Assembly: GCF_006345805.1 (NCBI RefSeq)
Contig: NC_042997.1
Coordinates: 55,242,001-55,306,000 of the forward strand
DNA from: Octopus sinensis
Lineage: Eukaryota
Direction of reading: 5' to 3'
DNA: 64,000 nt
This document shows positions 12,232-26,349 of the stretch, piece after piece. The stretch's first letter is position 1. The number at the start of each line of letters is the position of its first letter. The position numbers and the translations under genes were made by a program. A model generated the notes under the pieces. The model saw nothing but the letters and a program-made list of their open reading frames with translations. It did not search any database and was not told where the DNA came from.

Positions 12232-12258
12232 GTCTCTCTTTCTTTCTCTCTCTCACCT
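12163..12258. repeat. Perfect 96-bp palindrome centred on (TA)n
   Basis: 12163-12210 is the exact reverse complement of 12211-12258. Confidence 0.95.
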
Positions 12259-12484
12259 GAGCTTGTTAAACCTCTTTATATCTCAACATACTGTTGTACT
12301 TTTTTATGTCCTTAACATGTCCCTGTTACCAAGACTGTATATATATATGTAATGTAGCAATTTGCAACAACCAATAATTAACGCAACCAAACTTCCACTT
12401 GTTACTTTTGACAATCTTTATCCAAAGAGTGAAACCGGTAAAGTAAATAAACATCTTTTAAATTGCATTTTCAAACCTTCTTTC

Positions 12485-12485
12485 G

Positions 12486-12545
<60 letters not shown>

Positions 12546-12735
12546 CCTTCGTAGTGGCGAATATATGTACACACAAGCACACACACGCACAAACAAACAA
12601 ACACGTACACACACATACACACACACATTTACATATATAATATATGTACATATATACACCACTACGAAGTGAATATACATATATATATATATATAGGTTT
12701 ATATGCATATATTTTCACACACACACACACACATA
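12485..12735. repeat. (TA)n/(CA)n microsatellites
   Basis: Directly visible. Confidence 0.9.
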
Positions 12736-13264
12736 TAAATTCACTTGTTTTTTTCCAAGGTATTTAATACTCTTAGGTTGGATTTTGGGGGTCTGCCAGA
12801 TTTGCACGTCTCAAGTGTAACCGGCCGAAACTGTAAGGATAATTTGGAAATTTGACTGATGAGAGAAGACTGCTAATGGCCCGTCCTTGCTTTTTCCTGT
12901 CCGTATTTATATCGTCTATCTGTCCACTTGTTTTATTGTCGTTTGTGTTTCAATTTTGGGATTTATATATACATAGAGCGGCGTAGTACACTTTTGCTCA
13001 CCTTATATACATATATTCATATATTCATACATACGCATACATATCTATATGCGCTTATGCATTTGCATACATATGAATATGTGTATGCATTTGTGAGTGT
13101 ATGAATGTGTGTGCGCGCGCGTAGGTTAGTTTACATATTTTACATATATGAAATCAGTAAAATATGTTTTCCTTAAGTTGGAAAAGGAAATAAGAGCTAG
13201 TACCAGAAAGGGCAAGGAAGGAAAATGGAAAATACGAAAGAAAAAGTGAAAGTATATGAAGTAT

Positions 13265-13430
<166 letters not shown>

Positions 13431-13439
13431 TTCGCTTCA

Positions 13440-13860
13440 GTATCTGTCTGTTTCGGACTGTCTGTGCATAAGGCCCACCCGGACTACTGCCTTTGCTGTG
13501 AACAGGAATCAATCTTCTCCCTTCATTCCTTTGCTCCTTACGGCCTGAAATCGCCACCTCTCTTCATCCAACACCAACTCCACACAGATTCCCATACACC
13601 TCTTACATTCAACTGTTCCTCTCTCCACCACACACCGCCTTAGTCGGTACTCCCACTACACACGCCACTATACATATACTCATACACATAGTTCAACTCA
13701 GTAATCACATCGCACACCATTACGCACACACACCTTCCCACTCCATACATACTGGCACCCAACAGCTCTCACTACCCACACCACATAACATTATCCACAC
13801 ATCTACATACACTCTTCCATATCTTCACCACCACACCGCTATAGGAACACACCTACATAC
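13440..13860 (+). mobile_element. Penelope-like 3' remnant: GIY-YIG C-terminus plus CA-rich 3' region
   Basis: Translates FGLSVHKAHPDYCLCCEQESIFSLHSFAPYGLKSPPLF, matching the EQxxIFxLxxxxPxGL(N) end of PLE endonucleases; CA-rich tail resembles 26350-26640. Confidence 0.55.
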
Positions 13861-14149
13861 TGTAAATAAAAAATAATAGAATCTATTAAACAGGGATTAA
13901 GTTTAGGGAACCTAAATAGGGCGAGATGGTATTTTTCTTTCCAAACGGATCATATTTCTCCAGAATATTTAGATTTCGTGATATCTCTTTTAATCCTGCA
14001 TTGAGGTGTGGAAGGGGAATATTATAAAAATATATTATAAAAAATATATGAGCATTGTTAGATATGCAACTATATGCATGATAATACATACACAAAACAT
14101 ACAAATCTTCACACATGCATGCATACATACATACATACATACATACATA

Positions 14150-14262
14150 GCTTATTGCTGATGTTGAACTTCTAATGAAGGCGTTTTGGATCTAGGTTAG
14201 AAACCGGCTCTTTTTCTATTGGCAAGAAATCTTGAAATATAACTGAATAATGACATACATAC
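14150..14262. repeat. Short repeat embedded between (CATA)n tracts
   Basis: Unique-looking ~110 bp bounded by CATA arrays; resembles a microsatellite-associated octopus repeat (recollection only). Confidence 0.35.
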
Positions 14263-14291
14263 ACACATACACATATATATATGTACTTATA

Positions 14292-14594
14292 TGAGAGGGA
14301 ATCCTCTAAAAGTGAACTCCCTTACGCTAGCCATTTTTGGCCTCGTGTTAATATATGGCGTGCAGTTCGACAAATTATATTCTTGACAGACTCTACTGAC
14401 GATCTGCAAATTAATTGTGTAAGTAAAATTGCATAATTTATTAACAGTGAAACAATTGTATAGGGTTAATCTATGTTTTTGTTATTTTTTCATTTGTCCT
14501 GTCCGCTTACGTTCATGGTGTGCTAAAAATTTTTCTTGAGAAGAACTTTTAGTGGCTAGCGTAAGGGAGTTCACTTTTGGAGGATTCCCTCTCA
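14292..14594. mobile_element. 303-bp MITE with 42-bp TIRs and a TA target duplication (Tc1/mariner type)
   Basis: TIRs 14292-14333 and 14553-14594 match 41/42 (TGAGAGGGAATCCTC[T/C]AAAAGTGAACTCCCTTACGCTAGCCA); TA at both sides; no ORF. Confidence 0.9.
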
Positions 14595-14689
14595 TATATA
14601 TATAAATAATATTTAGTGAATCTCAGTTTTTTATGCGCTAAGCCATTGGTGTTAAACTGATATTATTAAATTAATATACAGTTTTTCAT

Positions 14690-14723
14690 CCTCATTTTGA
14701 TTTTATATATATATATGTATGTA

Positions 14724-14767
<44 letters not shown>

Positions 14768-14852
14768 CACACACACACACACACACACACCACACACACA
14801 CACACCACACACACACACACATATATATATATAATATATATATATATATATG
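14690..14852. repeat. (TA)n/(CA)n microsatellite
   Basis: Directly visible. Confidence 0.95.
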
Positions 14853-15259
14853 GCATACACAGTCACGCGTGTTTGTTTGTGTGCATTAATATCTTATTTC
14901 ATTCGACGAAAGCCCTGTATTTTAGGAGGCGCCAAGTTGAATAATTTAGAGAGTTATTGCGTTTCTACTTCTCCGATCATTCGCCTGTGAAAAGAAAGTA
15001 AGTTCCATATCGTTCTGTTGCAAAATACAAAGCCTTTGCTTGGAAGCAAAGGAAAATAAAAATAAAAAAGATTCAAAATTACTTTCTTGTTACTTTTGAG
15101 TTCTCACTCGTAATAGTCTTCCTGTTGCGAGGTTAAACATTTTAAATGAGGACCGCTACCAACAGAGTTGTAAGTAAGGAAGGTGGATATTTATTTTCTC
15201 TTGAAATATTAATATGACTCAATAGTTTTGTACATCATCTTCTTTCTTATGTAAGCCAT

Positions 15260-15267
15260 AGACTACG

Positions 15268-15347
<80 letters not shown>

Positions 15348-15352
15348 TACTA
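15260..15352. repeat. (ACT)n microsatellite
   Basis: Directly visible. Confidence 0.95.
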
Positions 15353-17484
15353 CATGTAATATACGTGTGTCCATGCAAACACATATGTGTATGTGTGTAT
15401 CTATTCGTATAAGGAAAATGTAAACATGCATGTATACATATATTTATACACAGAGGGAGAGAAAAACACACATGCATGTAAAGACCATCTGCATATATGT
15501 TTGCTTGCGCGTATTTTTGTGAATGTGTTTTGTGTAAGACGAGTAGTTTACAATGTTACCCAGCTAACATTTTAATTATAGAAACCCATGTAAAGCATGT
15601 ACTTTGGTGTAACGAAATTTGTAAAGCAATCTTCTTTGGAACATAAGAGATTCCGATCAATCCCGATTTACCGCTGTGCTTAACTTTGATTTTTGTTTGA
15701 TGTATTTTCCAGGCTTGAAATTACAAATGCTGTTAATACGTGATTATTTTTTACTTTAAAAAAATATTCACATTTATGTCTGAAATTTGTCATTCCTTCG
15801 ATATATTTAATAACTCCTGTAGCTGAGGAAGTTTCAGCGTTCATTGTGGCGAAAAGCTTTGCAATCCTCTTGTGTATGCGTATATATATATATATGTGTG
15901 TGTACGCGTGTGTGTGTGTGTATTGTTAATGTCACAAGAATTTATAAACTTCGAAAGGACGTGAAATAATTCCTTTTTGAAACGGTAGATCCCGAAGCAG
16001 TTACAGCTATAGATGATAGCGTGTCAATATTGGGCTTAAAAAAACCCTTCGGCAGGAAAAAGAAACCAAACGCTGAATTTGAAACTCGAACTCCTCCTAT
16101 AAACGTCGCATGCGTTCCATTCAAGTGCTTTTAAACCTAATATTTACACGCTATTTTTATAGCTTCATCTGCTTCGAGAGTTAGCGTCCAATTATACACG
16201 CGCGCACACGCACATACACACGCATATATATGTTCTCATTGTAGAAGTGAACACAGATCAACACGCCCTTGTATGTTGACAACATCTACGAAGAAAATAT
16301 ACTGAAGATACAACTAACGGCAAAGAAGCTTTCCTTCACTTTACAACGTATATGGGTTGTGAATTTTCATGTGAAACAATGGATCTTGAGTAAAATATGA
16401 TAACGTTTAAATTTAGTCAAGTTACCTAGGAAGGTAATCTATGTTTTGTTTGGACATAACATCATAAAAATTAGGTATACGTACCAATCTTATAAATAGT
16501 ACTGGTTGGTCTAAAGAGAAATAGTAATCAGTATTAACCAAAATGTTACAGAATTCTTTATATATGATTATATTTCATCTCATTATTTGGTCATAATATT
16601 TGCTTTAACCTCATTGCTTTGAACATGTTTAGATGTGGGGTTTGCTAAAGTTAGATGTCAAACCAATTGTGTTAAAAGGAATACTAAATAAACGCAAACA
16701 TAGCAAAATGATGAAGAAATTAGCGTGGCAGCTAACAGGTTTCCGTTTTATTCCTGTTGATCTTTTAGTGCCCTTGTTGATCGAGCAAAGCCATATATAG
16801 TGGATCCGAAACGAGTAGAGCTCGTCGGCACTATTCCTGTTCTAGCGTGATAGAGGTATATCTAATTCGTCCTTCGGATTAACACCAGCCCTAAATCTAC
16901 TCTGTTGTATGCATTTGGGTTAGTTTTGTGACCTGCGGATAGCTTCCTATCTTCTCTCTCTCACTTGACACGGACGTCTTGAAAAGGGCTATAAGTGCAG
17001 CGCTTCTTTGTGCAAGCTTTTAAATGCTCACATACACACACACGTATATACGTGTTTGTGTGTATGCTACTGGCAAAGCAGTACATTAACTATCCTGGAA
17101 CTTACGAGGTGTGGCAGCTAGTGGTTCGGAGAGTGGGGTAGTAAATGCAAACTGGAGGAGACTGTGTTGAAGAAGCGGGTGGCGAGAAGGGAGATGAGGT
17201 ATACATTAACAGTACACAACGGGCCTCAGGTTTTTACCGGTTTATATTTATGCTAAATGGACTTTGGAATCACCTTGCACATCAAATAAGTTTTCCTTCT
17301 AAATGAAAATAGTTTCAGGATGGCAATTAATAGTCTAGAGTGTATTTTCCAACTACATACCATTAAGAATGTACATACTGTTTAGTAGCAAGTTTACATC
17401 AACGAGATCAGTTACCGGATGGTTTAATTTATCCTTCATTAAAAAAGCATTACCAAAGACCCCAATTTTATTGATTGCCGCCCT

Positions 17485-17497
17485 AATAATAATAATG

Positions 17498-17543
<46 letters not shown>

Positions 17544-17548
17544 GGATG

Positions 17549-17603
<55 letters not shown>

Positions 17604-17620
17604 TAATAATGATAATAATG

Positions 17621-17675
<55 letters not shown>

Positions 17676-17685
17676 TAATAATAAT
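17485..17685. repeat. (AAT)n microsatellite with GAT interruptions
   Basis: Directly visible. Confidence 0.95.
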
Positions 17686-18024
17686 TTTTAAGAGGAAGAA
17701 TGACAAAAAGAATTGCACAGAACGATGTAGAACCGGAGATATATTTATGTCCCTTTACTTAATGTGTTTGAAATACCGTTGTTATCGACTTCACCTTCCA
17801 TATTTCGTTAGCCAATACAAATTTACAACATAGGAACAAGGTTACTAATATAGAGGCAAATATAGACGATTATTTGGAACCCAGTGCTTGACTGCTACTT
17901 GTTTTAGTGGTAACCAGAAAATTAAAAGGCGAAATCGATTACGTGAGGATTTCAAATTAGAAAGTAAAGGGACATAAATCAATCCATTTCCTGGTTTATA
18001 TTGCACTCTTTTGATAATATACAT

Positions 18025-19217
18025 ATTAGGTTGTCAAGTACGAAATTTGTAGAAAAGACAAAAAGTTTGCTAATGTTATATAAATACAGGGAATAGTTTT
18101 ACTCATCAACGTATGCACCCATATTGTCAATACACCGTTGCCATTTCAGCGGTAGCTTGTCCAGCCCGGAACTGTAAAAGCCTGGCAATCTAGAGTCAAT
18201 ACAAATCTTGGAAGGCCTCTCTTACAGCATCGTCGGAATTAATTTTATTTTTCCACTCAAAACGTTATCCAAATTCTGGAAGAAGTGGTAGTCAGTGGGG
18301 GCAAGATTAGGTGAGTATGGTGGATGATGGAGAACTTCCAACTCCAACTCCTGTAGTTTCGCCAATGTCATTTTTGCGATGAGTGGTCTGGCGTTATCTT
18401 GCAATAAAATATAAGTGAATCTGTTGACTAATCTAGACTGTTTTTTGTAAGTTTCTGCATCATTTGGTCCATTTGGTTGCAGTATAATGGATCACACCTG
18501 CGTCAGACGACCAAACACACACCATCAGCTTCTTTTGATGAATTTTGCACTTTGGACTCTGTTTTGGTGGCTCGTCTTTATTCAACCATTGTTCTGAACA
18601 TTTACACTGGTTCCATATCTCATCACACGGTACAATTCGATTCAAAAATGATTCATATTTGTGACTAGAAAGTAGCATAATACAGGCTTCCAAACGTTGC
18701 TGTTTGTGATTTTCATTGAGTTCATGTGGAACCCACTTATCCAACTTTTTCACTTTACCGATTTGAACTAGGTGTGTCAATATTGTTTGCTAGCTAACAC
18801 CAAACAACAACGATAATTCCTGAGCACTTTGAGAGGGATCTGGCTTTCAGTTCGTTATCATCCATCTTTGTTTCTGGTCGACCGCGCTGCTAATTTGTGA
18901 GGTCAAAGTTACCGGGACGAAATTTTGCAAACCAATTTGATACTGTTTGTTGTGTAATAACATTAGTATGAAATACTCCATTAATATTCCGAGCTGTCTG
19001 TGATGCTGTATTTCCTAGAAAGAACTCATATTTCAAAACTGTACGTATTTCCGACTTATCAATCAGAAAACGATTTATAAATACATTATAAAGCGCACAA
19101 TGAGTGAAAATAAAGAAATAGATGTGTCAGCTTTCTAACAAAAAATATTGTCAAAATATTATAATGGCGCAAAATGAGCAGCTGTCAAAGTCTATCATAT
19201 ACCTTACTACAAGTTTA
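18025..19217 (-). mobile_element. Decayed mariner transposon
   Basis: WVPHEL (18718-18735), YSPNLAPTDYHFF (~18280-18317), QDNARP, and N-terminal WFAKFRPGNFDL; left end TATTAGGTTG; right TIR degenerate; frameshifts and stops. Confidence 0.9.
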
Positions 19218-20149
19218 ATACTCGCCGACTTAATATTTATACAATACTGCTTTAGTTATCTCTGCTTCCTGAATTATTTTGTTTCCACATAAATTTTATA
19301 GCTTGGAACTATTAATTTACCACAATTCAGTTAGGTTGATGTCAACATTGCTAAGGTATTTATCTCAGATGAATTAGTATGATTCTCATCACAATCTGCA
19401 ACACTTCTTTTATTTATAATGAAAACGTATTAAGTAAACAGGATGGTTTAATAGTTTAAGTTTAAAGTCGATTGTTACTCCCACTTCTGAGATGGTGCTG
19501 TTACTATAACAGCAGGCATCTTCAATCCTATCTGCTCCGAAAACTACCCAACTGATTGACATGAAGTTGCTTCAATGACCAGTCCACAATTGTTCTGCCT
19601 TCTCACATTGGCTATTTCAGTGACTTCGGTTACTTGCAGCTAGTTGTTCTCGTGTCAATCCTATTCAAACTTTTCCGATTCACTCGTATCGTTTCCATTC
19701 AGCGCGCATACTGTGTCCCCACTGCAGGTCTTGTATAAACCAATCTATCGAATAGTCTTCCACCCTTGTACGTCTACTCTCAAGAATTTTCTCTCTGCCG
19801 ATGTTTTTGTTTGCAGTAAACAACATAGAGCTTTTCAAAAGGAACATCAAGTGCACCCCATCACACACACACACTCTCTCTTTCCCTATCTTTCTTTCTC
19901 TCACCTCCCCTTCTGTCACACATTTCATTGGCGATTTCTGATGCCAGAGAGGATTGTTTTTGTTTGCTGTTGCATGTATAATCAAATCTATTTTGGTTTT
20001 CATATATTTATGTTGTTTTATTTCGTAAGTGTAAGTAATACGTTGCTGTGCTGTTTCGAATTTAATGATATTTGTTCCGCAAAATTTAGTTGATTTAGAA
20101 TGGGCGGTAAACTTCAGTTGATTAAGAATCTCAGCAATTGTTTCAGACT

Positions 20150-20900
20150 CCCGTGAGACTCGACGTTTGATTTGAGTCCTGACGGGAAGGTTTTCTTCTG
20201 CACCTTATTGATGAGAGGCGACAACATTGTTATATGTCGCAATTGGGGAATTGATTTCACTTTCAGATTGCAGTACCTCCAATATGTATTTGATGAAGAT
20301 GATGCATTGACAAATTTCTTTGCTGTTAAGTGTAGACCAAACGTAGATTACAGCGATGATATTGTTTCCTCAGTAAACTTTGTCTCAGAAACCACCACTC
20401 TTCTATATGACCTCGAAAAAGTATTAGAAAATACATATGGGTCTTCATGTCAACATCTCAAACACCAAGTGCATCTGATACAACCAGGAGAGCTAATAAG
20501 CACAAACAAACTAAGCATTTTCTTATGCTTAGCAACAAAACATTATTCACAGAAAAATATGTAAAAATGTCTCGCGAAAGCATGAGCTGTTTTGAAGTCC
20601 TCAGTAATGTTCTGTGGGTATCATGATCTTAAGAGAAGTTTTTTTCCGTGCGAATTAGCAGTTCTGAATTTTTTACATAGCTTTCTGATACTATTTGAGA
20701 AAAGTCCAAGCACTGCTGAAGTACTGAGCAAGGAATTGTTAGCAATACATTTCTATAGAAATCTTGGATACACTAATGGTCCATCCAGTAAAAACCTTCT
20801 TTATTCAGATATTTAAGAACTACACATGTTGTGTTGTCTTGCTGGTATCTTGAACATTATGCAGGATCAAAATGAGCTGTAAGATTGATTCTGGTAAATC
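20150..20900 (-). mobile_element. Possible very old RTE-like LINE remnant
   Basis: Only patchy resemblance to the post-YxDD RT/thumb region on manual translation; many stops. Confidence 0.3.
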
Positions 20901-20924
20901 CGATCCAGCTCGCCCATACACTAT

Positions 20925-20989
20925 CTATCTGTCTGTCTATCTGTCTATCTGTCTATGTATGTATGTATGTATGTATGTATGTATGTATG

Positions 20990-21034
<45 letters not shown>

Positions 21035-21306
21035 GTCTATCTGTCTGTCTATCTGTCCGTCCGTCTGTCTGTCTGTCTGTCTGTCTGTCTACCTGTCTAT
21101 ATATCTATCTACTAACTAGCCACTCTATACAAAACAACCATCGGTCCACCTACCTACTTACCTACATATCTACTCACCTACCTACCTACCTACCTACCTA
21201 CCTACCTACCTACCTACCTACCTGTCTGCCTGCCTGCTGCCTGCCTACCTACCTACCTACCTACCTACCTACCTACCTACCTACCTACCTACCTACCTAC
21301 CTACTT
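20925..21306. repeat. Compound tetranucleotide array (TATC/TATG/TGTC/CTAC)
   Basis: Directly visible. Confidence 0.95.
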
Positions 21307-21959
21307 ATCTGAATATTATTTCTGTAAGATGTATTTTATAATTTGCATTATCATATAGTCTTTTGGAAGTTCGTATTTTCTCTTGTTAAAAGAGTATTTT
21401 CGTTAAATAAGTATTTCTTTTTGACCGTTGCCATTAACAAGTTTGGAACTGTGAAACAAAAAGTTTCAAAATCTCAGCATATTAGCGAACTATATAGATC
21501 TGAACTATGTACAACTTCGCAGTTTTAATCCAGAGATAGCAAAAGCTAAACACCTTCCATAATTATAGAGCTGAACTTTACCTATAACATAAATTTCATG
21601 TTATATAACTAGAGAAAGGAGGCTAATTTAATTCATCTGTCAAAAAGCTGCTCCATCAAAAGCTAAAATAATTAGCTTAGAGACTAATCCACTACTGAAA
21701 CGATGTGGCGTGTACGGTTAAATTATGCAACGAACAACACAAGAAGGAAAGCAAAGTTCAAACAATTCTATTGCTTTTGACATGTTGGTGCAAGGGTAGA
21801 CGAAAAGTGAGGTTAGAAACAGCAATGTTTGTTATACAGAAATACAATGTGATACATAAATTCAAAATATTTATCCTTATAAAATTTTGAAACATCTAAG
21901 TAGATTAATAACGTCATCACTTAAAGGGACTTTATATTTTATAATATGCTTACATAATA

Positions 21960-22025
21960 CATGCATGCATGCATCCATCCATCCATCCATCCATCCATCC
22001 ATCCATCCATCCATCCATACATACA

Positions 22026-22061
<36 letters not shown>

Positions 22062-22120
22062 TATATACATACGCATATATACGTATATACATGCATACAT
22101 ACATGCATACATACATATAT
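21960..22120. repeat. (CATC)n/(CATA)n array
   Basis: Directly visible. Confidence 0.95.
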
Positions 22121-22122
22121 TA

Positions 22123-22238
22123 TATTTCTTTATTGCCCACAAGGGGCTAAACATAGAGGAGACAAACAAAGACAGACAAAGGGATTAAGTCGATTACATC
22201 GACCCCAGTGCGTAACTGGTACTTAATTTATCGACCCC
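22123..22238 (-). mobile_element. 5'-truncated SINE (GGCGGCG family, tail half)
   Basis: Near-identical to 10829-10945. Confidence 0.9.
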
Positions 22239-24239
22239 ACATATACACATACATAAATACATACATACACATACATACGCATATATACGTGAGTGCGTCT
22301 GTATGTGCATATGCATAAATATGCATCTGTGTGGGCGTGAATGTGTCTATACAGGTAGTAGACATACATATGTCCGATTCAACACATCTTGTTCTTTATT
22401 ACGTGATAGTATGACCGGGTAGAAATATTGGACAAATTCCCCCTACCTTCAAATCTGACCTTACCTTAAAATGAAAGGACACAATTATGAGACTATAAGA
22501 TATACTGGTCATGATTTCATCATATTCTTGCTTGCATTGAGCTGTCCTGGGGCTAAATGACCACAAAAACAACAACAGCAATAGCAAAGAGAGTAACAAC
22601 ATACAAGTTAAGATAACCAATCGAATTAATAAGTTTCAGCCAACGAACTAAGAAGACGATGGAACATTTAATCATAGGTGTCTTATCATTTTTCGTTTTT
22701 GGTCTTGCACTTAAGTCTCATTACAAGTTTAAACACCGGCTGCATTGTTGCAGTGGTTGGTTTGTGGCATTGAATTCAGTTTCCCCTACAAGGAAAGCCA
22801 CATCTAACTGACTAGCTTCTTATCCAGAGAAAATTTTACTCTCCTTCACTATTGTACTAAATCTCTGTTATTTGGGAAGGATTTACTGTTTTCGAAATTA
22901 CAATAAAATAATGATTTCAAAATTGTGGAGAGGCTATGGAAAGATATTTTTTTAAAAGTAATTCTTTACAAAGAATTTAGTTGAAATACTCACAACAGGA
23001 AGAATTTTTTAAGGGATAGTGGACATTAAGAAATAATAAATATGAACAGGTGTTCGAATCTCTAACAGTGGTTCAAAACAACTCGGTTAGTGATTGCTGG
23101 AAGCAATACTATTGGTGATAAGATAAGCGAAATCAAATTCTCAAAATATATCAGATCGAACATAGTGCCGCTGAAGCTGAGCAAATATTAAAGCAAATTA
23201 CTCTAAAATTATCATACAGTTCACCATTGCAGTACATTTTTATTTCCCTGCTAAGCCTTTATAATTAACGCTTCTGACTGAAATGATGTACAAGTTTTAA
23301 GCACCCAAACCGCCAAAGGCAACACGCTTTTAGACTTCTTCGCCTGGAGCTAACCGAACAGCACTGTGGGATATTAGCAATGAAATTTCCGGATCTATAA
23401 AGTTAGTTAATAGGAATACAGTATTTTTTCTTCACTCTGGCTGCAAGAAATCAAATTACTAGAAGAGATCGACTATGAAATCTCGTTACTTTGGGTAGAA
23501 TGTATTTTATAAAGCGTTAGTGGTGTTTTAAGATCGCCGATGTTAATGTCAAGTTATTTAGAAGATATTACAAAATAAAACTTTGGACATTTTAGCAAGT
23601 TTTTATTGGCACTAAATCCACACAACCTAATAGAGAATTTATGTTGCAAATAAAATAACTAAAATTTAACCTTAATGTCAGAAAATGAAATTTGCAGAAG
23701 ATGGTAGCTTGGAGCAAAACATATATTAATGGAATAAGAACCAAATTATTTGATAAGAAATGTTTCATTAAATAGTATTTGGTGTAGCAAAGTTTAGGAA
23801 TTTGCACATGTTATATACTGTTTATTTAATGTTTCCTCTACTTCTCGACTACAATGGTTTTGAGAGTAGCATTCTACATTCGCTGCCTATTTTGCATCCA
23901 ACTCCACACTTCACATACGGGGAAAAGTCCCCTTCAAAACGATTCCTACAAAACTATCCTTTTCCATTACACCAAGTTCAAGCCCATGCTTGCATAAACA
24001 TTAGGTACAAAAACATTAAGTTAGCCACTGCTAACAATCAGCTTTGACAATGCCCCTTCTGCTATTCTCAATTATTCACCCCAGAGATAGCTAGCCTCTA
24101 TACTCAACTCTGCAATCTCAGTCTTTTTTTTGTCTTTTTTTTATGTATGGAAACACTCTATACAGGGGTAAATTCTGTGAATACCATCTGGACTAAATCC
24201 GCTGATTGAATCTCCTTTTATGACCACCAGTACAGCTTT

Positions 24240-24600
24240 CGTTAAGTCAAATCAATATGTAACCAACTTGAATATGTCACTCTAATGTGGGCTGTTACAC
24301 TCGGGAAATCTTGTGGTAGTGTTATTGTCTTCAACATAAACCTTTCGACTGTCTCTACACTAGTATCTTCTGTTAAAATTGATCACACACGGGCTCCATC
24401 CATCTATCGTCTCTTAGATAAATGTCTCATTGTCAGCTCACACTATCGCGACATGTTATAACGAAGTACACTCTCAACCACAATCTATCAATTCTGATGT
24501 ATTGTAGGATTCAAATCCCCACCGACACTCTCTTCCTCCTTTACATGAATGATATACTAATATCTTCAACCAATAAAATTTCCCCACAAGCTATACCACC
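24240..24600 (+). mobile_element. Ancient CR1/L2-like LINE fragments
   Basis: LFLLYMNDIL (RT motif B end) at ~24525-24560 and a decayed L(S)S..H.RD-like C-terminal segment upstream; order scrambled. Confidence 0.4.
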
Positions 24601-25723
24601 CTTCTCTTTCCCACACCAATGCCATTTTATGTAGACTAAATACCTCAAATTGAATTTGCACTGACACGATTGGAAAACTCGAAACATCTAATAGGTTGTG
24701 CCAATATTATTTTCAACAGAGAGAAAAAAACTCACTGTACATATCAGGCTACATTATCGCACCTCGTCCCGGTTAAACTTGAGCAGCATGTAATTAGAAT
24801 TCTCTTGAATGACCGCACATCTTTAACATAGCAAAAAAGACTTGTATCTCAAAGACTGGATTTTCTCTTAAGAGCGAGAAAAAATACTTCATCCCACTCT
24901 CCAACGACTGCTAACGATATTCATATAATATCCACAATAGAGTGCCGCTGTCACACTGGGATACAGCTGCTGCTGTTATATATGCATTTGATCCGTGAAA
25001 GTATCCCAAGAAACGCATCAAATAATAGAATTAATCACTGCTCTGGGAAGGTTGAAACTTCTATTACTGTAATGTAAGTTTTCGTTAGGTTTGTGATAAG
25101 GATGTGATGTGTGTGTTATTTCAGCTTTCGTAAGGCACTACACTTTTGCTTGTTACCATTTTAGGGTTGATAAAACAAATTACTAAGTACTGGGTTCGAT
25201 GAACTCGATTAAATCCCTTTCGTTGGCCTCGTGTCAAAATATGAAACCATTCTTAGAGTTGTTGTTGTTTTGCTATTGTTTACAGTATACTGACAATATC
25301 AACATTCATAATAATTACAACGGTTATCAATTTGGAGTTTAAAGATAATTTTATGGAAGAAAAAAAAGAACAATTGTAGCGTGGAAGGTGTTTATAAACC
25401 ATTAAAAAAACACAAAAAAGTTTTAGATTCACTTCAAAATTTAAATTTAATTTGTGTCAAAATATTTTCGTCGCTTTGAACCCATGACCTGTTCACTGAC
25501 AAAAAATTCGTGCTGCATCTGAGAAAGTAACAGATAGTTCATGATTTGTATGCATGTATGTATGTATGCATGTATGTATTTATGTATGTATGTGAGAATT
25601 TAGGTAAGTGTGTAGACGTGTCTGCATGTATGTATATGTGTAAAGGTTTATGCAAACGAATATTTATGTACTGATATGTGTGTGTGTTCAAATTGTATAT
25701 ATGACTGTTACTCTATCGAAGCT

Positions 25724-25763
<40 letters not shown>

Positions 25764-26070
25764 TTCCTCATCACCGTCTAACAGGGTGAATGGATACAAT
25801 GTCTTAGATACATGCATGCAAATATAAGCTTGCCTATACATTTGATTTTACAAGAGTTTATATTTCATAATCTCATATATTTCAAATAAAAATAATCAGT
25901 GTACGTCTTTGTTTTTCTTACAAAATATATCTTGTACATATTACAGTTTCTGTGACGCTTGGTTTTACTGATTACCATCCTAAAGCTACATCTTTATTAA
26001 AGCATGTATTTTTGCTGGTTTTATGTTTTCCTGCGACGTTTCTAATTCTATTTCTTTGCTGTCTTTGTAG

Positions 26071-26210
26071 GTACAGGCTGGCTGTGTGGTAAGAAAATCG
26101 CTTCGTAACCATGTGGTCTCGTGTACAGTTCTACTGTGCAGGCCGATCAAATCCTTGTGACTGATTTTGTTAGAGAGAATCTGAAAGAAGCTCATCGTCG
26201 TATACATGTA
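26071..26210 (+). mobile_element. 5' half of the GGCTGTGTGGTAAG SINE family
   Basis: Homologous to 47292-47455 and 48869-49025. Confidence 0.75.
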
Positions 26211-26220
26211 TATATATATA

Positions 26221-26309
26221 TGGGAAAGAGAGTTTGATAATGCAGAGATCTTTTAAAGAATCACTAAATATCGTTAAAAGACCTCTGCATTTTCAAACTC
26301 TCTTTCCTA
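26221..26309. mobile_element. ~90-bp hairpin element (MITE-like) in a TA context
   Basis: Arms 26221-26256 and 26274-26309 (GGAAAGAGAGTTTGA[T/A]AATGCAGAG[A/G]TCTTTTAA), 3 mismatches in 36; 17-nt spacer. Confidence 0.7.
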
Positions 26310-26349
26310 TATATTTTCATTCGTGCGGTACCTTGAAAGTTTACTTTGT

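Noticed and set aside
12800-12900. GAAACTGTA and CTGATGAG hammerhead half-motifs
   Set aside because: They are in an order and spacing that gives no stem I or stem II; possibly PLE debris only.
15033-15052. 9-bp hairpin CCTTTGCTT-GG-AAGCAAAGG, and a similar short palindrome at ~45653-45676
   Set aside because: Expected by chance in 64 kb; no supporting context.
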